DNA of 62,000 bases from Lama glama (lineage: Eukaryota). Of the stretch, positions 26,661-41,079 are shown one piece after another. Both the position numbers and the translations under genes were made by a program. Where the stretch lies: contig CM052818.1 in NCBI GenBank assembly GCA_028534125.1, positions 186,001-248,000 of the forward strand. The letters run 5' to 3'. The notes under the pieces were generated by a model. That model did not search any database, was not told where the DNA came from, and saw only the letters and a program-made list of their open reading frames with translations. Each line of letters opens with the position of its first letter. The stretch's first letter is position 1.

Positions 26661-27419
26661 AATTTTATAATAGCATTCCAAAGAATGGCTAAGTAATAAA
26701 TATGCCAAAACTAAAACGGCCACTGTGATCAATGCACTTTGGCTTCCAGAAAACATATGTCCAGGTTGACAGCAGGCTGCACTCACTGGGTATGTAAGTC
26801 TTTCAACCAGTTACAAATCATCCTAATGATGCTGTCAACCAGGCTCCATTTCTCAGCCTTGTACACAGGGATATCAGGTTCCCTTTCTAAGTGCTCACAA
26901 ACCATCTGTTTAATATTTCCTCCTAGTCTTTGTCAGGGATCGATGTCAAGCTCTTTTGGAAAGGTATTTTATCCATATGTGTTCTCAGGAAACACCAAAT
27001 GTTAACAACTCAAACACAGAAGATAAAGATTCATTGTCTCCCAAAGGATTCCAGGAAAAGAAGAAAAAAGAAAAAAAAACAAAAAACAAAACAACCTTTT
27101 CTATGATTCATGCTTGTCAGACTCCACATATTGATTTTTCCCCTTTCAGTGTCTTCGAAAGTGACCAGGAAATGCACCTATTCATTGAGTTTGTCTTTGA
27201 AAACTGCATTAAAGTCCTACCCCTGTGGCATTAAGACTAAATTAGAACCCCTACTGTATTTACTATCTAAAGACTTTTAACACAGAGAGACATTTGTTTA
27301 TTTCATTAACAGAAGCCATGGTCTCAGAAAAATGACAACTCTTCCCTTTTTAAAAATAGAATTAAAGAATTTTTTTAGACTATAGTAGAAAATCAAATTA
27401 TTTGAAAATCAGATTTAAA

Positions 27420-30100
27420 AATTTTTTTCCTCACCAACTCTTTTGAGGAATAATTTGCCTATTGTAAGTTGCATCCAAAGTGTACAATTCAATGAGTTTT
27501 GACAGTTGTGTATGCCCACAAATCATCCCACAGTTGAGATACACACCCCTTCCACCAACCCTAAAAGATTCCTCTAGCCCCTTCACACCCCACCCCGCCC
27601 TCCGTCCTTGGCATTTGCCACCTATCTGCTTTGCCCGTAGATTAGTTAGCATTTTATATAAAAGGGATCGTATAAATTGTATGTACTTCTTTTGTATCTG
27701 ACTTTCTTCATTCAAATTTAAGATTCATCCATGTTGTTTATATCAGTAAATAATTGTTAGTTTCTTTTTATGCCATATATTATTTGACCATTCTCCTGTT
27801 AATGGACATTTCAGTTGTTTCCAGTGTTTGACTGTTGTGACTAAAGCTGTACAAACATCTGTACACAAATCTTTGTATGGACGTATGTTTTTATTTCTCA
27901 TGGGTCTTACCGTGTTTATTGTTAATCCTTTCCCATCCATTTACTTTCAACCTATTTGTGTCTTTATACTTAAAGTGTATCTCTTACAGACAGCATGTAA
28001 TTGGGTCTTGCTTTTTATCCATTCGGTTCATCTCTGCCCTTTATGGAGCATTAACATTTATCAGAAGTATTGCTGTGGTTGGATTTAGGTCATTCTGTTT
28101 TTTGTTTGTGCTCATATTTTCCCTGCTTGCCTGATTTCTTTTAGATTATTAAACATTTTCTGAATTCTATTTCAACTTATCAGTTGTCATTTAGCTACAT
28201 TTCTTTGCATTGTTTTTTAGTGGCTTCTCTAGGGATTACATTAACCAGTCTTAACTTATATTTAGAGTCAATATAGTACACTTCACATAAAATGTAGAAA
28301 CCTCAGGACTACAGTTCTTTACATAAAATATAGAAATCTTGAAGGGATTAAAATATATTTTTAAACTTTGTTGCAGTCTACTTAGAATTAATATAGAACC
28401 ATGTCATGTAAAATATAGAAACTTTGCACTAGGTCCATTTATCCCCCACTCCACCACACACAACATTGTCTTTTTTTGTAGTTGTCATGTGTATTACATC
28501 TTAACAAGACAGTGTTATATTTTTGCTTTAAACAATCATGTGTATATTTTTAAACTAAGAGAAAAATAGACTTTTATATTTATTATTTCCAGTGTTCTTC
28601 ATTCATTCCTAAAGATCCAGCCAACTTTCCTTTGGGTATCATTTCCTTCAGCTCAGAGAATTTAGTACTTCTTGTAGCATGGTTCTTGTAATGACAAATG
28701 CTCTTAGCCATTATTTATCTGAAAATGTATATTTCACTTTCACTCTTGAAGGATGTTTTTCTTGTATGTAGATGTATGGGTTGACAGGATTCTTTCTTCT
28801 TTCAGCACATGAAATGTGTTGCTCCACTGTCTTCCAGCCTTCCATGGTTGCTCAATAAAAGTCACAGTCCTTAAATCACTTTCCCCTTTATGTAAAGGAT
28901 CATTTTTCTGGATGCTTTCAAGGATTTTCTCTTTATGTTTGTTTTTCAGCAGTTTTACAATGATGTGACTAAGCACAGATTTCTTGTTCGGGCTTCACCG
29001 AGCTTCTTTAATCTGTACATTTATATCCATAACCCAGTTTGGGAAATTTGCTGCCATTATTTCCTCAAATATTTTTTTCTGTCTTTTCACTCTCTGGAAC
29101 TCCAATTACCTACATGTTAAACTTTTTTAAATAGTTCCACAGTTCCCCAAGGCTCTGTGGTTTTCTGCTTGTTTGTTTGGTTTTGTCCAAACTTTTTTCT
29201 TTTTATTCTTCAGATTAGATGATCTCTGTTGATCTACCTTTAAATTCACTGACTCTCACCTCTCATCTCCATTATGCTTTTAAGCTCATGTGGTGAATTT
29301 TTTGTTCAGATGTTGTATTTTTCAGTTCTAAAATTTCCATTTGGTACTTTTTTATATTTTCTATTTCTCTGTTGGTATTTCTTATCTTTTCATTTATTGT
29401 GAACATATTTTCCATTCCTTATTGAGCATAATTTTAATTATGCTGCTTTGAAGTCCTTGTCTGGTGACTCTAACATCTATCTTTGTTATCTTAGGGTCTT
29501 TGCATCTATTGATCATATTTTCGTTTGAAACTGAGTCATATTTTCTGACTCTTTGTATGCCAAAAGCTTTTGCATTGTATTTTGTGAATATTATGTTGTA
29601 TAGACCCTGGATTCTATTATATTGCTCTGTAAAGTGTTTTGTTTTAGCAGACAACTAACTTTGTTAGACTCAGCCTGCAACATTGTGTAGGCCCCTCACT
29701 CAAATCTCAGTTCCATTCTTGAAGCCTACACTATGAGCTGCTTTCAGTTTGTCCCACCCAGGGTCAGCTAGGTGCCTGGACTGTTTAAACACATAATTTA
29801 AGGCTCTCTGGCTTTGGCTTTTTCCAGGGGCTCTGGTTGCCCTAGGCTTCTTCCCCTGGTAATGCCAGTGAAAGACAGAGGCCTGACTATTGAAATTTTA
29901 GCTGTCCCTGCACTCCTGTGATGGAGGCCACCCTCAAAGCCAAGGTGCAAAAAATGGGGAACTTATTCCTTGCTGGTGACTAACTCCAAATTTTAGCTTT
30001 TCTCACAAATCTTTGTTCAGTCTCCAGAGCCCTTGGGTAGCTGTTTTGTTTTGTTTTTTACTACTATCCTGAGTTTCTAGCTATGATTTACAGGAAGATC
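27420..30100 (-). mobile_element. Old L1 remnants including the ORF1 region
   Basis: - strand ORF1-like peptide HIIVKLLKNKHKEKILES...RQWSNTFHVLKE. Confidence 0.7.
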
Positions 30101-32461
30101 AGTCTGTTAGGCAGTGGGACCTAACCAGATTGGAAGGCCCTTATTTACTCTTGATCAGTTTACTGCTTTCTTTTTGCCTCCTCTTCCATCTTCTGTTCAG
30201 GTCAATAGGCTCAAGTTCTTCATCATTTCCCTCTGTGTCTTTAGGAGATTATGACTTAAAAGTTCTTATTAAATCTCAATTTTTCTTTCCTCCTCTTGTA
30301 TCCCCCTCATCTACTGTTCTTGGGTCTTGCACAGTTGTTTCTGAGCAAGCTTTGTCTGCTCTGACTATTTAGGCTAGTTGTTAACATCCTGTATTCACAG
30401 GCCTAATAGTACTGATTGTAGACTGGCCCAGGGAGGCTAAGATACGATTTCATAGTTTCCATAGTGGTTCTTGACATTTTGAGAATCTGATAAAAACTAA
30501 GGGCCTATCCCCTCCCCCCCCACCAAAATATGCCTATACACACACAGATGAAATTATATACAATTTCAGGGGTTCCCAGAACCCCTGAAGCCCATCCATG
30601 ACACCCAAAGACAGGTGACATGATGGTCATTTGGAAAGAAATAGGTCTGGACTATAGGTGAAGACTGTGGGACTGGGGAGGATGTGAAGGACCGGCCAGG
30701 AGCACCATCTTCCTGGGCCTCTCCTTTAGACAATATATGTCAAGAGAGAAATACAGCCATTGTATATGTGTGTGTGAAAGAGTGAAATTCTCCCATATTA
30801 AGTACACTTCAGTTTTGTAGCCATGTTTTAGGGTTGACCTCTGAGACGGGCTGCTTTAGGCATGACCTTATTTTCAATCATTTGGCTTTCTTAGTCTTTT
30901 CCATTATTGTGGCCCTTGGAAAAGCTTAAAAAGAGCTCGGTGAAGGGTGTCACTGCTTGTGGCCACAGGGGGGCAGGGTAGGCCCAAAGTCTGAATGTGA
31001 TTGCTGGCAGCCAGCTAGACTGCAACAGACTAGGCCTTCCTCACTTGTGACGAACGCTCAGATACTCAGAGCCAGCTGCACCTCCACGCCAGTAGCCAGT
31101 GACCTTTCTAGTTGGTACCCTCAGTGTAACCAGTCTCACTGACTGCCCTGCTCACCAGTCAGTGTGCCGAGCTGTTCTTCAACACTAGAAAAGTGAGAAG
31201 TCCCCGCCCCTTCCCCCTAGTTTAGCACATTTTGTTGTATTTGTGAGGAACACAGTACTAGGTCTTGGTGCTCTTATATATGTTGATGGTGAGGGAGGAA
31301 GTCACCAAGAGAAGTAATCGGAAGAAAATGAGTTCCAAAAAAGGAAAGCACATTCTTTTCCTTTAAGAGCAAATCGTTTTGTTGATGACAGAAACGGAAG
31401 AAAATGCCATTTGTTGGACGACATGCCATTCAGAGCGAATTAGCTCACTTCTTATGCTTCCTATAACTATGAAATAGGTTGTACCATCTCCACTCTGCCC
31501 CAAGTCACATAGCTAACAACTTTCAAGCCGCAATTCAAACCCTGGTCTTTCCACTTCGTTCCACCACCCTTCATAAACTCACGACAAGATAAGAAATCCC
31601 TTCAGAAGAAACAAAGTAACAAGTGTCATTTGAATTGCCCACACAGAGGGCACAGATACCCAGGGGGTGCTGATTAAAGCCAAAGAAGGGGGTAGGGATG
31701 TAATTAAGCATAACTTCCTGGACAGTCCGTTCTGAGTTGAATTCTGGAGGAGCTGAGGCCCTGGATTGACAAGGGTAATAAAAGCACTGAGGAAGGAAGG
31801 AAGTCACATGGCAAGGAGGCTAACTTGGTTGAAGCAGAAGAGTTACAGGAAAAAGTAATGAGAGCTGAGGAGCGGGGAGCAGCTGTTTAACTCAACAGGC
31901 ATTTGCTGAGCTTCAGCACTGCTGAGCTGGGGGCCCGGGGTGGGAGCATAGGCTTTCAGCAGGTGGAGATTGGGGGAAAGGTCTGAGCCACCACGGAACG
32001 AGGGGAAATGGGGGGTTTTGAGGAATAAGGAGTAACAAGTGGTACAGGATGAGTGAAGGGAAGAAAGAAGATGACAGTAGGAAGGTGGTGTGTGCATTTT
32101 AGCAAAGGAAGGATCTGACAAAGCCATGTTTCAGAGAAACTGACTGGTAAGAAGGATCGGAGGGGAAGGAATGGCATTTGATGGAACAGCCAAGAGGCCA
32201 CTGCCATAACTCAGGCACAAGGAAATGAAGGACTGGACCAGGGACAAAGAAAACACAAAAGAAGTTCTCTATCAAGAGTGTTCTGGTTTACACATTAGTC
32301 TTTAGCTTGTATAATGTGACTGTCCCTGAGAAGGTCCCTGCAAAAGTGAGGACTCAAATCTGAAGCACCTGCATGGCGATTCCCTGAGAATTTTTTCAAA
32401 GGAAGACGCTCTGTTCTGTGGCTCTTCCAAGAACCTGTAGGTTAAGAAGTTGGAAAGAACT

Positions 32462-34177
32462 CCACACCATATACAAAAATAAACTCAAAATGGATTAAAG
32501 ACTTAAATGCAAGACATGAAACTGTAAACCTTCTAGAAGAAAGCATAGGCAGTAAGCTCTTTGATACCAGTCTTGGCAATATTTTTTTGGATATATCGCC
32601 TCAGGCAAGGGAAACAGAAACAAAACTAAATGGGACTACATCTGAAAAGCTTTTGCACAGTGAAGGAAACTACCAACAAAATGAAAAGGCCACCACCCCC
32701 TGAATGGGAGAAGATATCTGCAAATGACATATCTGATAAGCAGTTAAATCCAAAATATACCAAGAACCTATAAAAACTCATCATCAAAAACCAAACAACC
32801 TGAGTTTAAAAACAGGGCCTAAGTGGACATTTTTCTAGAGAAGACACACAGAGGGTCAACAGGCACATGAAAAGATGCTCAGCATCACTAATCATCAAGG
32901 AGATGCAAATCAAAACTACAGTCAGCTCACACCTGTCAGGACAGCTATTATCAAAAAGGCAGTCGCAAGTATTGGCAAGGACGTGGAGAAAAAGGAACCC
33001 GTGGGAATGCAAATCGGTGCAGCCACTCTGGAAAACAGTATAGAGGGTCCTCCAAAAATTAAAAGAGAGCTACCATATGATCCAGCAATTCCACTCCTGG
33101 GCGTTTATCTGAAGAAAACAAAAACACTAATGTGAAAAGATATATGAACCCGTATGTTCGTTGTAGCATTATTTACAGTAGCCAGGGTATGGAAGCAAGT
33201 GCCCATCAATAGATGAGTGGATAAAGAAGATGTGGTGTATATATATACAACAGAATACTACACTGCCATAGAAAAAAAGAATGAAATCTTGCCCTTTGCA
33301 GCAACATGGATGGATCTAGAAGTTTTAGTCTAAGTGAAATAAGTCAGACAGAGAAAGACAAGTAATGTTAGATTTCACTTATATGTGGAATCTAAAAAAA
33401 ACAAAACACACAAACTAACTGAACAGAAACAGAGTCACAGAGAACAAACAGGTGGTTGCCACAGAGGAGGAAAGTAGGGCGAGGAGAGACGTAGGTGAGG
33501 TAGAGCAAGAGGTACAAACTTTCAGTTACAAAATAAATGGGTCACAGGTATGAAATGTACAGTGTGGGGAAACTAGTCAATAATTATGTAATATCTTTGG
33601 TGCCGGATGCTAACTAGTCTTATCATGATGTTCATTTTGAGAGGTATAGAAATATCAAATCACTACAGCGTGTGCCAGGAACTAACATTTAGTTATACTG
33701 CACTAAATAGCAACAGGTCATTACACTGCCAAAGCAAACTCACAGAAAAGAGATCAGATTTGTGGTTACCAGAAGTGGGGGCGTGAGGGGGAATTGAAGG
33801 AAGGTAGTCCAAAAGTACAAACTTCCAGTTATACGATAAATAACTACTAGTAAATATATTAGTAATATATAGTAAATGTATAGTCCATAACTATTTACTG
33901 TAAGATAAATAACTACATACTAATGCACAGCATGATAAATATAATTAGCACTGCTGTACATTACATATAAAAGTTGTTATAGAGTAAATCCTGAGTTCTT
34001 ATCACAAAGAAAAATTGTCTTCTATTTCTTTAACTTTGTGTCTATATGAGATGATGGATGTTCACTAACTTATTATGGTAATCATTTCATGCTGTATGTA
34101 AGTCATATCATTATGCTGTACATCTTAAACTTATGTGCTATATGTTAACTATATCTCAATAAAACTGAAAGGAAAAA
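32462..34177 (+). mobile_element. 5'-truncated L1 (ORF2 C-terminus and long 3'UTR)
   Basis: ELPYDPAIPLLGVY peptide; imperfect TSD aagaagttg(ga/ac)aagaact at 32444-32461 and 34178-34195. Confidence 0.9.
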
Positions 34178-35188
34178 AAGAAGTTGACAAGAACTTTAGC
34201 AACAGTGGTGGAGTGTCTGCAGGAAAGATTGGCAGTTTCCTTCACAGAGGCACCATGTTTCAGGCTTGGTTCTTCAGCTTTGCAGGATGAAAAAGCTGAT
34301 TTTGTAAGCATCACCTTCTCAAGCTCAAGACTGAAGTATAAGCCAGAATATTTTAGAAGGAGAACCATACATAGCTACTATCATCACCAAGAAGAGCAGA
34401 AACCTGACAAACACACCCTGCCGTGGGGACGCATGGAGCCAGCACGCCCTCCCCTCTGAGCCCCTCTTGGATGGCACTGCCAGCGTGTGCTGCTGTGGCT
34501 CCCTTCCTCTGGGCTCCATTTCTGGCCAATCCTCCTCCCTTCTAATGGTCACATTCATTCTTTGGATAAGCCAGGACCATCCACAGGCTCCAGCCAAATC
34601 TTGCTCTGGTCAGTAAGCCATCCTTCTTTCTTACTGTGACTGTTTTTCATTGGCCTTATCACTCTGTATTAATTTTATCATTTGACCATCTGAGGAAAAC
34701 CCTCTTTTTCTCATTTCCAGATTCTTAATGGGAGATAACTTTGCTATTGTCCTCATATAATGCCCATGGTAGGAGTCTCTAATCTTCTACCCTTTCCCTG
34801 GGGAGAAAAAAAGAAACAATTATTTCTCTTCAAAATTCTGCTTGGACTCAAAGCAGTATTAACCTCTCTGCGTTTTGAGATCCTTTGCTCAGTTTCATTT
34901 CTTTAGTTCTGTGTCTGCGTCCTTATGCTTTAATGACTATTTTGCCTCCCTGAGAAGCAGCTGTCCAGTCAGTTCCATACTTGTTACTCAGGGTTGAACT
35001 CCAGGCTCAGAAAAATTACTTCTTGTTTTGCCTGTGACAAAAGATGATTCACACTATTAAGAAGAACATTTCTCTCCACTTACGAGGAATGTTCCTTTGA
35101 CAATGACCTCACGTTTATCACTGTAGTGCTTGAAAACATGGTGGGGCAGATGAAAGTTTAAGGAGGAATGGTCAAGAAAAACGTTGCT

Positions 35189-35315
35189 TGGGGGAGGGTA
35201 TAGCTCAAGTGGTAGAGCACATGCTTCGCATGCACAGGGTCTTGGGTTCAATCCTCAGGACTGCCTAAAAATAAATAAATAGATAAACCCAATACCCCCC
35301 AAAATTTTTTTTAAA
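35189..35315 (+). mobile_element. tRNA-derived SINE
   Basis: ggggagggtatagctcaagtggtagagcacatgc...gggttcaatcc. Confidence 0.85.
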
Positions 35316-36297
35316 TAATAATGTTGTTTTGTAAACTCTGTAAGTGCAAAGAGTATCATATATCTTTGTACAGTATTTCATCTTCTGTGTGATACATAAT
35401 TACTATTAGTCCGTGTTGGAATAAATGAAATGACTAGTTACCTAATGAATCCTTGTGACTATTCACAAAAGATGGTAGAGTTTTAGTAATACTAGTCGAA
35501 GAGAAAGGCATTTGGTGCCCCTTATCAGCCACAGAATAAGTCGTGAAATGTGACATGAAGTCATCTAAGTCTCGCCACACCTCCCCTGTGTGGGTGCCAA
35601 CACTTTGGACTGAAGCCCTTTGTCCCTTGTGGAGAGCATGCCACCTCTGCAGACTTGTCCTCAGGAATGTCGTTCTAGAAATAAACCAGCTTTCTCCCCG
35701 GGATCCATGAGTCATACATAGAAGTTAATTCATTGGAGCAACTGACTTTTCTTAGGCCCTTTGTGGAAGTATTTCAGAGAGTCCCTCATGGTGAGGCAAA
35801 AAAAAAGTCGGGTTCCTCCTCGGTTTCCTCCCAGATCTTGTCTCATTTCCTGTCTCTCACCTTATATTTGGCTTTTACTGACAAACTTTACCTTCACACC
35901 CAAACCCCAATTCCTGAGCTAGTGTTGCCTGAGGAAGGAAGTAGGCTAGCAAAGGCTACCTGCCTACCTAGTTTCATTCATTCAGGTTTGGAGTCAAATC
36001 GCACTCCACCAGGCCACCCCGTCTTCTTGGCTGCTGACCATACTTGTGTGATTTAGTAAGTCAGCAGCAAACTTGTATCGTCTGTATCAGAAGGTGGAGC
36101 TCAGGAATTCATCTTTTTTTTTTTCTATGAGTCTTTTTAAAATTTAATTTTTATAACAGCAGTAATAGTTGAATACATTTTCACTGTGAAACAACAACAT
36201 AAAACTGAAGGCCCCCTTGTTAATTGTCTTTAATTTGCATTGCTATATTATTTGGGGGCTGTTTTTGTACCCTAAAGTGGGTTTTTTTTTGCTAATA

Positions 36298-36586
36298 TTT
36301 TTTAAATTTATTGAGTTATATAGTCAGTTTACAATTTTGCATCAATTTCTGGTGTACAGCACAATTCTTCAGTTATACATGAATACACATATATTCATTT
36401 TCATATTCTTTTTCACCATGAGCTACTACAAGATATTGAATATATTTCCCTGTGCTATACAGTATAAACTTATCTATTTTATATATACCAGTCAGTATCT
36501 GCAAATCTCAAACTCCCAGCTTACCCCTTTAACCTTGTCCCCACTGGCAACCACAAGTCTGTATTCTATGGCTGAGTCTGTTTCTG
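36298..36586 (-). mobile_element. L1 3' end fragment
   Basis: Same family 3'UTR as 9110-9410, reverse complement. Confidence 0.85.
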
Positions 36587-37118
36587 TAAAATGTTTTTTA
36601 CATGTTTTCTGTAGAATGTTTTACTCCTGTCCGCTATTAACACTTTGATGGTAGCCTTCCAGAGCTTTGTAAAAGGCATTTCCATACATATGTATGTACT
36701 CAGGCCAATAGTTTTATTTTTCTATAAATAGGCTCATACTATACATCTTCTTCTAGAACTTTCTTTATTCACATACTATCTCCTGACTCTCCACGTCAGT
36801 ACATTTAGCTTTACTTTGTTTGTTAACAATAGCTTAATACTCCATCATTTGTGCCATAATGTATTTCAACATTCCCCTAATGATGGGCATTTGATTTGCT
36901 TCCTGTTTGGAATTTTGATTATCTGTTTTTATTACAATGCTGTACCGGACGCCTTCGCATGAGTCTGTGTGTGTGCTATCCAAGAATGTCTCTAGGCTGG
37001 ATATCTAGAGGTAAAAGTTGATGGGTACAAAAGATGGGTGCATTTAAATTTTTATATTTTTCAAAATTTACAGTTAAACAGTCAAACACTTTAACCACTG
37101 CGTCCCTTTCTTCTGCAG

Positions 37119-37292
37119 AGAATTCTGTCTTGGGAACTGACATTGACCTTCAGACTGTAGACAATGATGTTGTCAGCATGGAGATGTTCTTCAAAGCCTG
37201 GCTACATAACAGTGGAACAGACCAAGAACACGTCCACCTTCTTCTTCCTTCACGGTGTCTCAGCAACATTTCCAGAGCCGGAGATAATCCAA
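37119..37292 (+). CDS. M1AP: M1AP coding exon 4 (174 nt)
   Basis: tttcttctgcag|(E)NSVLGTDIDLQTVDNDVVSMEMFFKAWLHNSGTDQE...GDNP a|gtacac; phase 1/1. The donor is weak but joining it restores the expected NPMCLKC junction. Confidence 0.92.
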
Positions 37293-39614
37293 GTACACAC
37301 CCCCACAAAAGACGTATTACATAGATTATGGTTATCCCAGTCTACAATTAGGACTCTAGATTGGTAGATCCCCAGAATACAGAGTAGTTGAAGTTTAGGG
37401 GTTGGAGGAGGATTGGATGAGGCTGTCCAGTGTAGGCATTGAGGAGTAAGAAGAGTAGTTCTAAAAAGTGACCACAGTTACAAAACTGAACTTAAGTAAG
37501 CCCAGACAGCAAGGGCTAGTTAGTTTCAGCGTAAAGACTGAAATACCCCAATAACAGGGCATCAGCTACACTGCATAAGCACACAATGAGTCCTATATTT
37601 TCTCAGTCTTTCACTTTTGATGCAGCAGACATTATCGACATTATAATTAGAGGTAAGGTGGTACCTCGGCAATATCAACAGGGCCCGTGAGGAGAGGAAA
37701 AGAACCAAAGGTAAGTGGAGATTAAATCGAGGACTTTTCAATAGGGAGACACCAAACTGAGGGGAACCGAAGCACCTGCAGAGGCAAAGCCCGAGGCCAG
37801 CGAGGTCCTGGCTGTTGCTCTGGCTGGCAGTGATGCTTAGTTCAGGTCCCACCAGACCATAGGACAAAGCCATTTCTAGAGTTCACCCCCTTTCGTGGTC
37901 GGCTTAGGGCCCAGCTCCAAAGAGAAGACTTAAATTGTGTCTTCCCCTTTAGGAGGGGGCGCTCAATGAGAAAAAGGGGTATAGACTTCCACCCCCAAAG
38001 GAAAGACGTATCTTGGCGCTTGCTTTCTGGGGATAGCCTTCTGGCTCTTTCTCTCCCTCCCTCCCCACCCCCACCCTTCACCCCACCCCACCCTTGCCCC
38101 ACTTTCAGTCTAGGGCCCCGGATGCATTTAGCAACTTAACCTTGATTTTACTGTCTTCAAGGCCAATAGTACCAATTGCTCCTAGTCGCATCCTCTGGAA
38201 TTCACTTATCTATTTTCTTCCAGCCACTGTGTTAATTCCTTTCCCTGCATTATCCCATTTCAGCTTCATAACAACATGAGACAGGTACTGTAACCATATG
38301 TCATTGAATCTAAGATGCTATTAATGAAAAGATACACCATTATTTTATGTACCACTAAGAAAGAAAAACGCTGCCAATTAAATGTGACACAGTGCTTTTT
38401 TATCACTTATAAATATATTTTATCCTTAGTGAGTAGAGTAGTAAGACGAAGATTATCTGCCCAGTCAATGGTGATTAAGAGATACATACAGAGATGTTAG
38501 TTAAAAAAAGGAAGTCTTAAAAACCAATAAAAGTAATATTATCCCAGTTTTACAGAGAAAATTGAAACTTAGAGAAATTAAACATTTCCCCCAGGGCTGC
38601 ACAGAAAATTCTTAGCCAAGCCAGAATTCGAAGCCAGTCAACTCCAGAACCCATTCTTAACCCCTAGGACTAGAAATCTGTATTTTGTGCATTTTGTGCA
38701 TTTGACTACTCTTCAGTCCAGAGGACATTCATCAAACTCAGGTCTGTCACCTCCAGAGCCTGGGTCCTTACCAGCTACACAGCCTGCCTTGTGCGGGACA
38801 ATTTTGAACCAAGAGTCTGCCTCCTGCTGGGCACTTATCTCATTAGGAGGGCTGGGGCCATCAAAAGCCAGGAACTCCTGCCACTAGCCTTCTTCCACTG
38901 TTGCATGGCGTTTGCCCATGGTACTGTTGAGAATTTCTTTGCTTTGCCCTCTATTTTTCCATGGCTTTCAGCACCAGCCAGAGCCAGAATGTTTATCTGC
39001 AGTCATTTTTCAGAAATCCACAGGTCTTCAGAGTGGGTGGTAGAACTTAGATCTGGACTTTTCTGCCCAGGAGGTCTTCACTGGAATCCAGATGCTCAGG
39101 CACAGGTGGAATGAGATCCAGGGAAGCAGGCCTCCTCTGGGGTGGGTGGGACACACACGCGAGTTTATACGAGCACAATAAAGATCATACTATAGCTATC
39201 CATTGTTTAAAAAAACTGATGCACAATGGATTTCTAGAAATGTGACTCCCTACAGGAAAAACATAACAAAATACAACAAAACCCCTGAAGTCTCCTACTT
39301 TAGAATCTTTTGAGGACTGCTCCTCAGATGTTCACTTTGACTTCTCCTTATAAGGGTCTCCATCCAACACCACCTGCTTCTGTAGCTGCCTCAGGCCCTT
39401 AACCCGCTCTCTAGGGACTTCCCTCAGAGGCCTCTTTCTGACAGAGTGCACAGTCTGCCCCACATGAGTGTCTTGTGTTACCTCTTTGAGTTTGGGACCT
39501 GCCACCTCTGCACATGGGTTCTGCGTGGTGAGAAGCATACATGGTTCTAGACTCATTCCCTGCCTGCTAAAACATCTTTCCCAGCTTTGGGGACACTGCT
39601 GAGATTACAGTTCC

Positions 39615-39785
39615 AGGAGTTCTCAGCCCTAGCTGCAGGAAGAATCACATGAGGAACTTTTAAAAACACCGAAAACAGCTCCAGTCCCAGAGATCCCTGT
39701 TTCGTTGTTGTGAGTAGGGCCCAGACCTCAGTACCTTTGACAAGCCCACTAGGTGATTCTTACTGCAAGCAGAGTTGAGAGCCTC
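39615..39785. mobile_element. MER5-like hAT element
   Basis: gttctcagccctagctgca...gaatcacatgaggaactttaaaa...aggtgattctta...agagttgaga. Confidence 0.6.
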
Positions 39786-40916
39786 AGCCAGATGAACACA
39801 GCTGTCTGGTTCTAAAGCCCAGGGACCCAACAACCGAGAAGTCAGGCACAGAGGAAATGAGGGGCAGCTGGAGTCCTAGGCAGATCCCCTCCTGCTGACT
39901 GCCACTCCAAGAGCCAAGAGCTGTCTCACCCCGAATTCACGTCTAGGTCTGATTGCTGCTCCCAGGAGGGCCAGCAAGAGCTGATATCTATTCTGACATC
40001 CTATTTTTTCCCCTACATTATTTCTACTTCTGTTTTTACTTCATGTTGCACTTACTACAGTCATTTCATAAATCACTGACATCAACCTCTAGCCTTCTCG
40101 CAAGTACTCAACTTTCATACATTCCTAGTTTAATAGTATTCATATCTGATACATATTTTATTAAAGACCTTCGTAGTATCAAGGATTCAAGCCTAGCACA
40201 ACAGAACATCATACACAGTGATGTGAATACACCTGTTGGAGCTGAAGCTTAATACAAGAGTACAAATCCTCCGTGAATAACCCACACATAGTTGAAGCCC
40301 CCCCAGAACTACTTACTGTCTGTTGCCACGGTGATGCTCCAAGGCCCAGAAGTTTCCATTCATTTGGGGAATTAAACCTAAGCTATTTCAGGAACTTACC
40401 CCTCCCCTCCCCCTCCCCCGAACGTCCCTAGAAGTGCTCACACAGAAACGGTAGCTATCAGCTGACCACCTGACTTCTGCTTCTCTGCTCTTCCCTCGTC
40501 TAACCTGAAGTCTTGCCAAAGCTGAGCCACAGGGAATCAGCAGAGGCAAAATTTCCTTCTGTGATTACCAGAAGGCCCTGCCTGTTGCAGTGTTAGCTGC
40601 CCCTACCGCGGAGGACACGTGTTCCTCCCAGACTCCATCACAAGCCAGATCTTTCACCATGAGCTGCTCAGCCAACCCAGAAGTAAAACATAAGAATCAT
40701 GTCGGACCCAGAAAATAAGTCTCCTATTGTGTAGAGCAATACTGTTCCAGACCTGCTCTGCCTTCCCAAACCAATTGTACTTTCCTCTCTCCCCTCCCAG
40801 CCGCTACTTGCCTGGTGAGGGCAGAATGTGTGGCAGGTGTTCTCTCTTAACCGTATATATAGCCTCAGGTTACCTGGGACAAACAGTCTCTCCCCCAGTA
40901 CTGCTTTTCATTGCAG

Positions 40917-41079
40917 TGTGCCTGAAATGTGATCTCCAAGAGCGACTTCTCAGCCCGTCCCTGCTCCCTGGCACAGCTGGTGGCTCCCTGCGGATGGATG
41001 ACCCAAAAGGAGACTTCATCACACTCTACCAGATGGCTTCCCAGTCGTCAGCGTCTCGTTACAAGCTCCGGGTGATCAA
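40917..41079 (+). CDS. M1AP: M1AP coding exon 5 (163 nt)
   Basis: ttcattgcag|(M)CLKCDLQERLLSPSLLPGTAGGSLRMDDPKGDFITLYQMASQSSASRYKLRVI aa|gtatgt; phase 1/2. Confidence 0.96.

Noticed and set aside
30958..30975. CTCF-like motif ggccacagggggcag
   Set aside because: Only the right half matches the consensus; cannot be supported without binding data.
38290..38535. Tc/mariner-like MITE apparently inserted into a MIR
   Set aside because: Family and ends are too uncertain to call, and nested old repeats are commonplace.
40891..40916. Alternative in-frame acceptor 18 nt upstream of coding exon 5 (tcccccag at 40898)
   Set aside because: Possible, but it would add residues absent from the recalled orthologue and has no other support.
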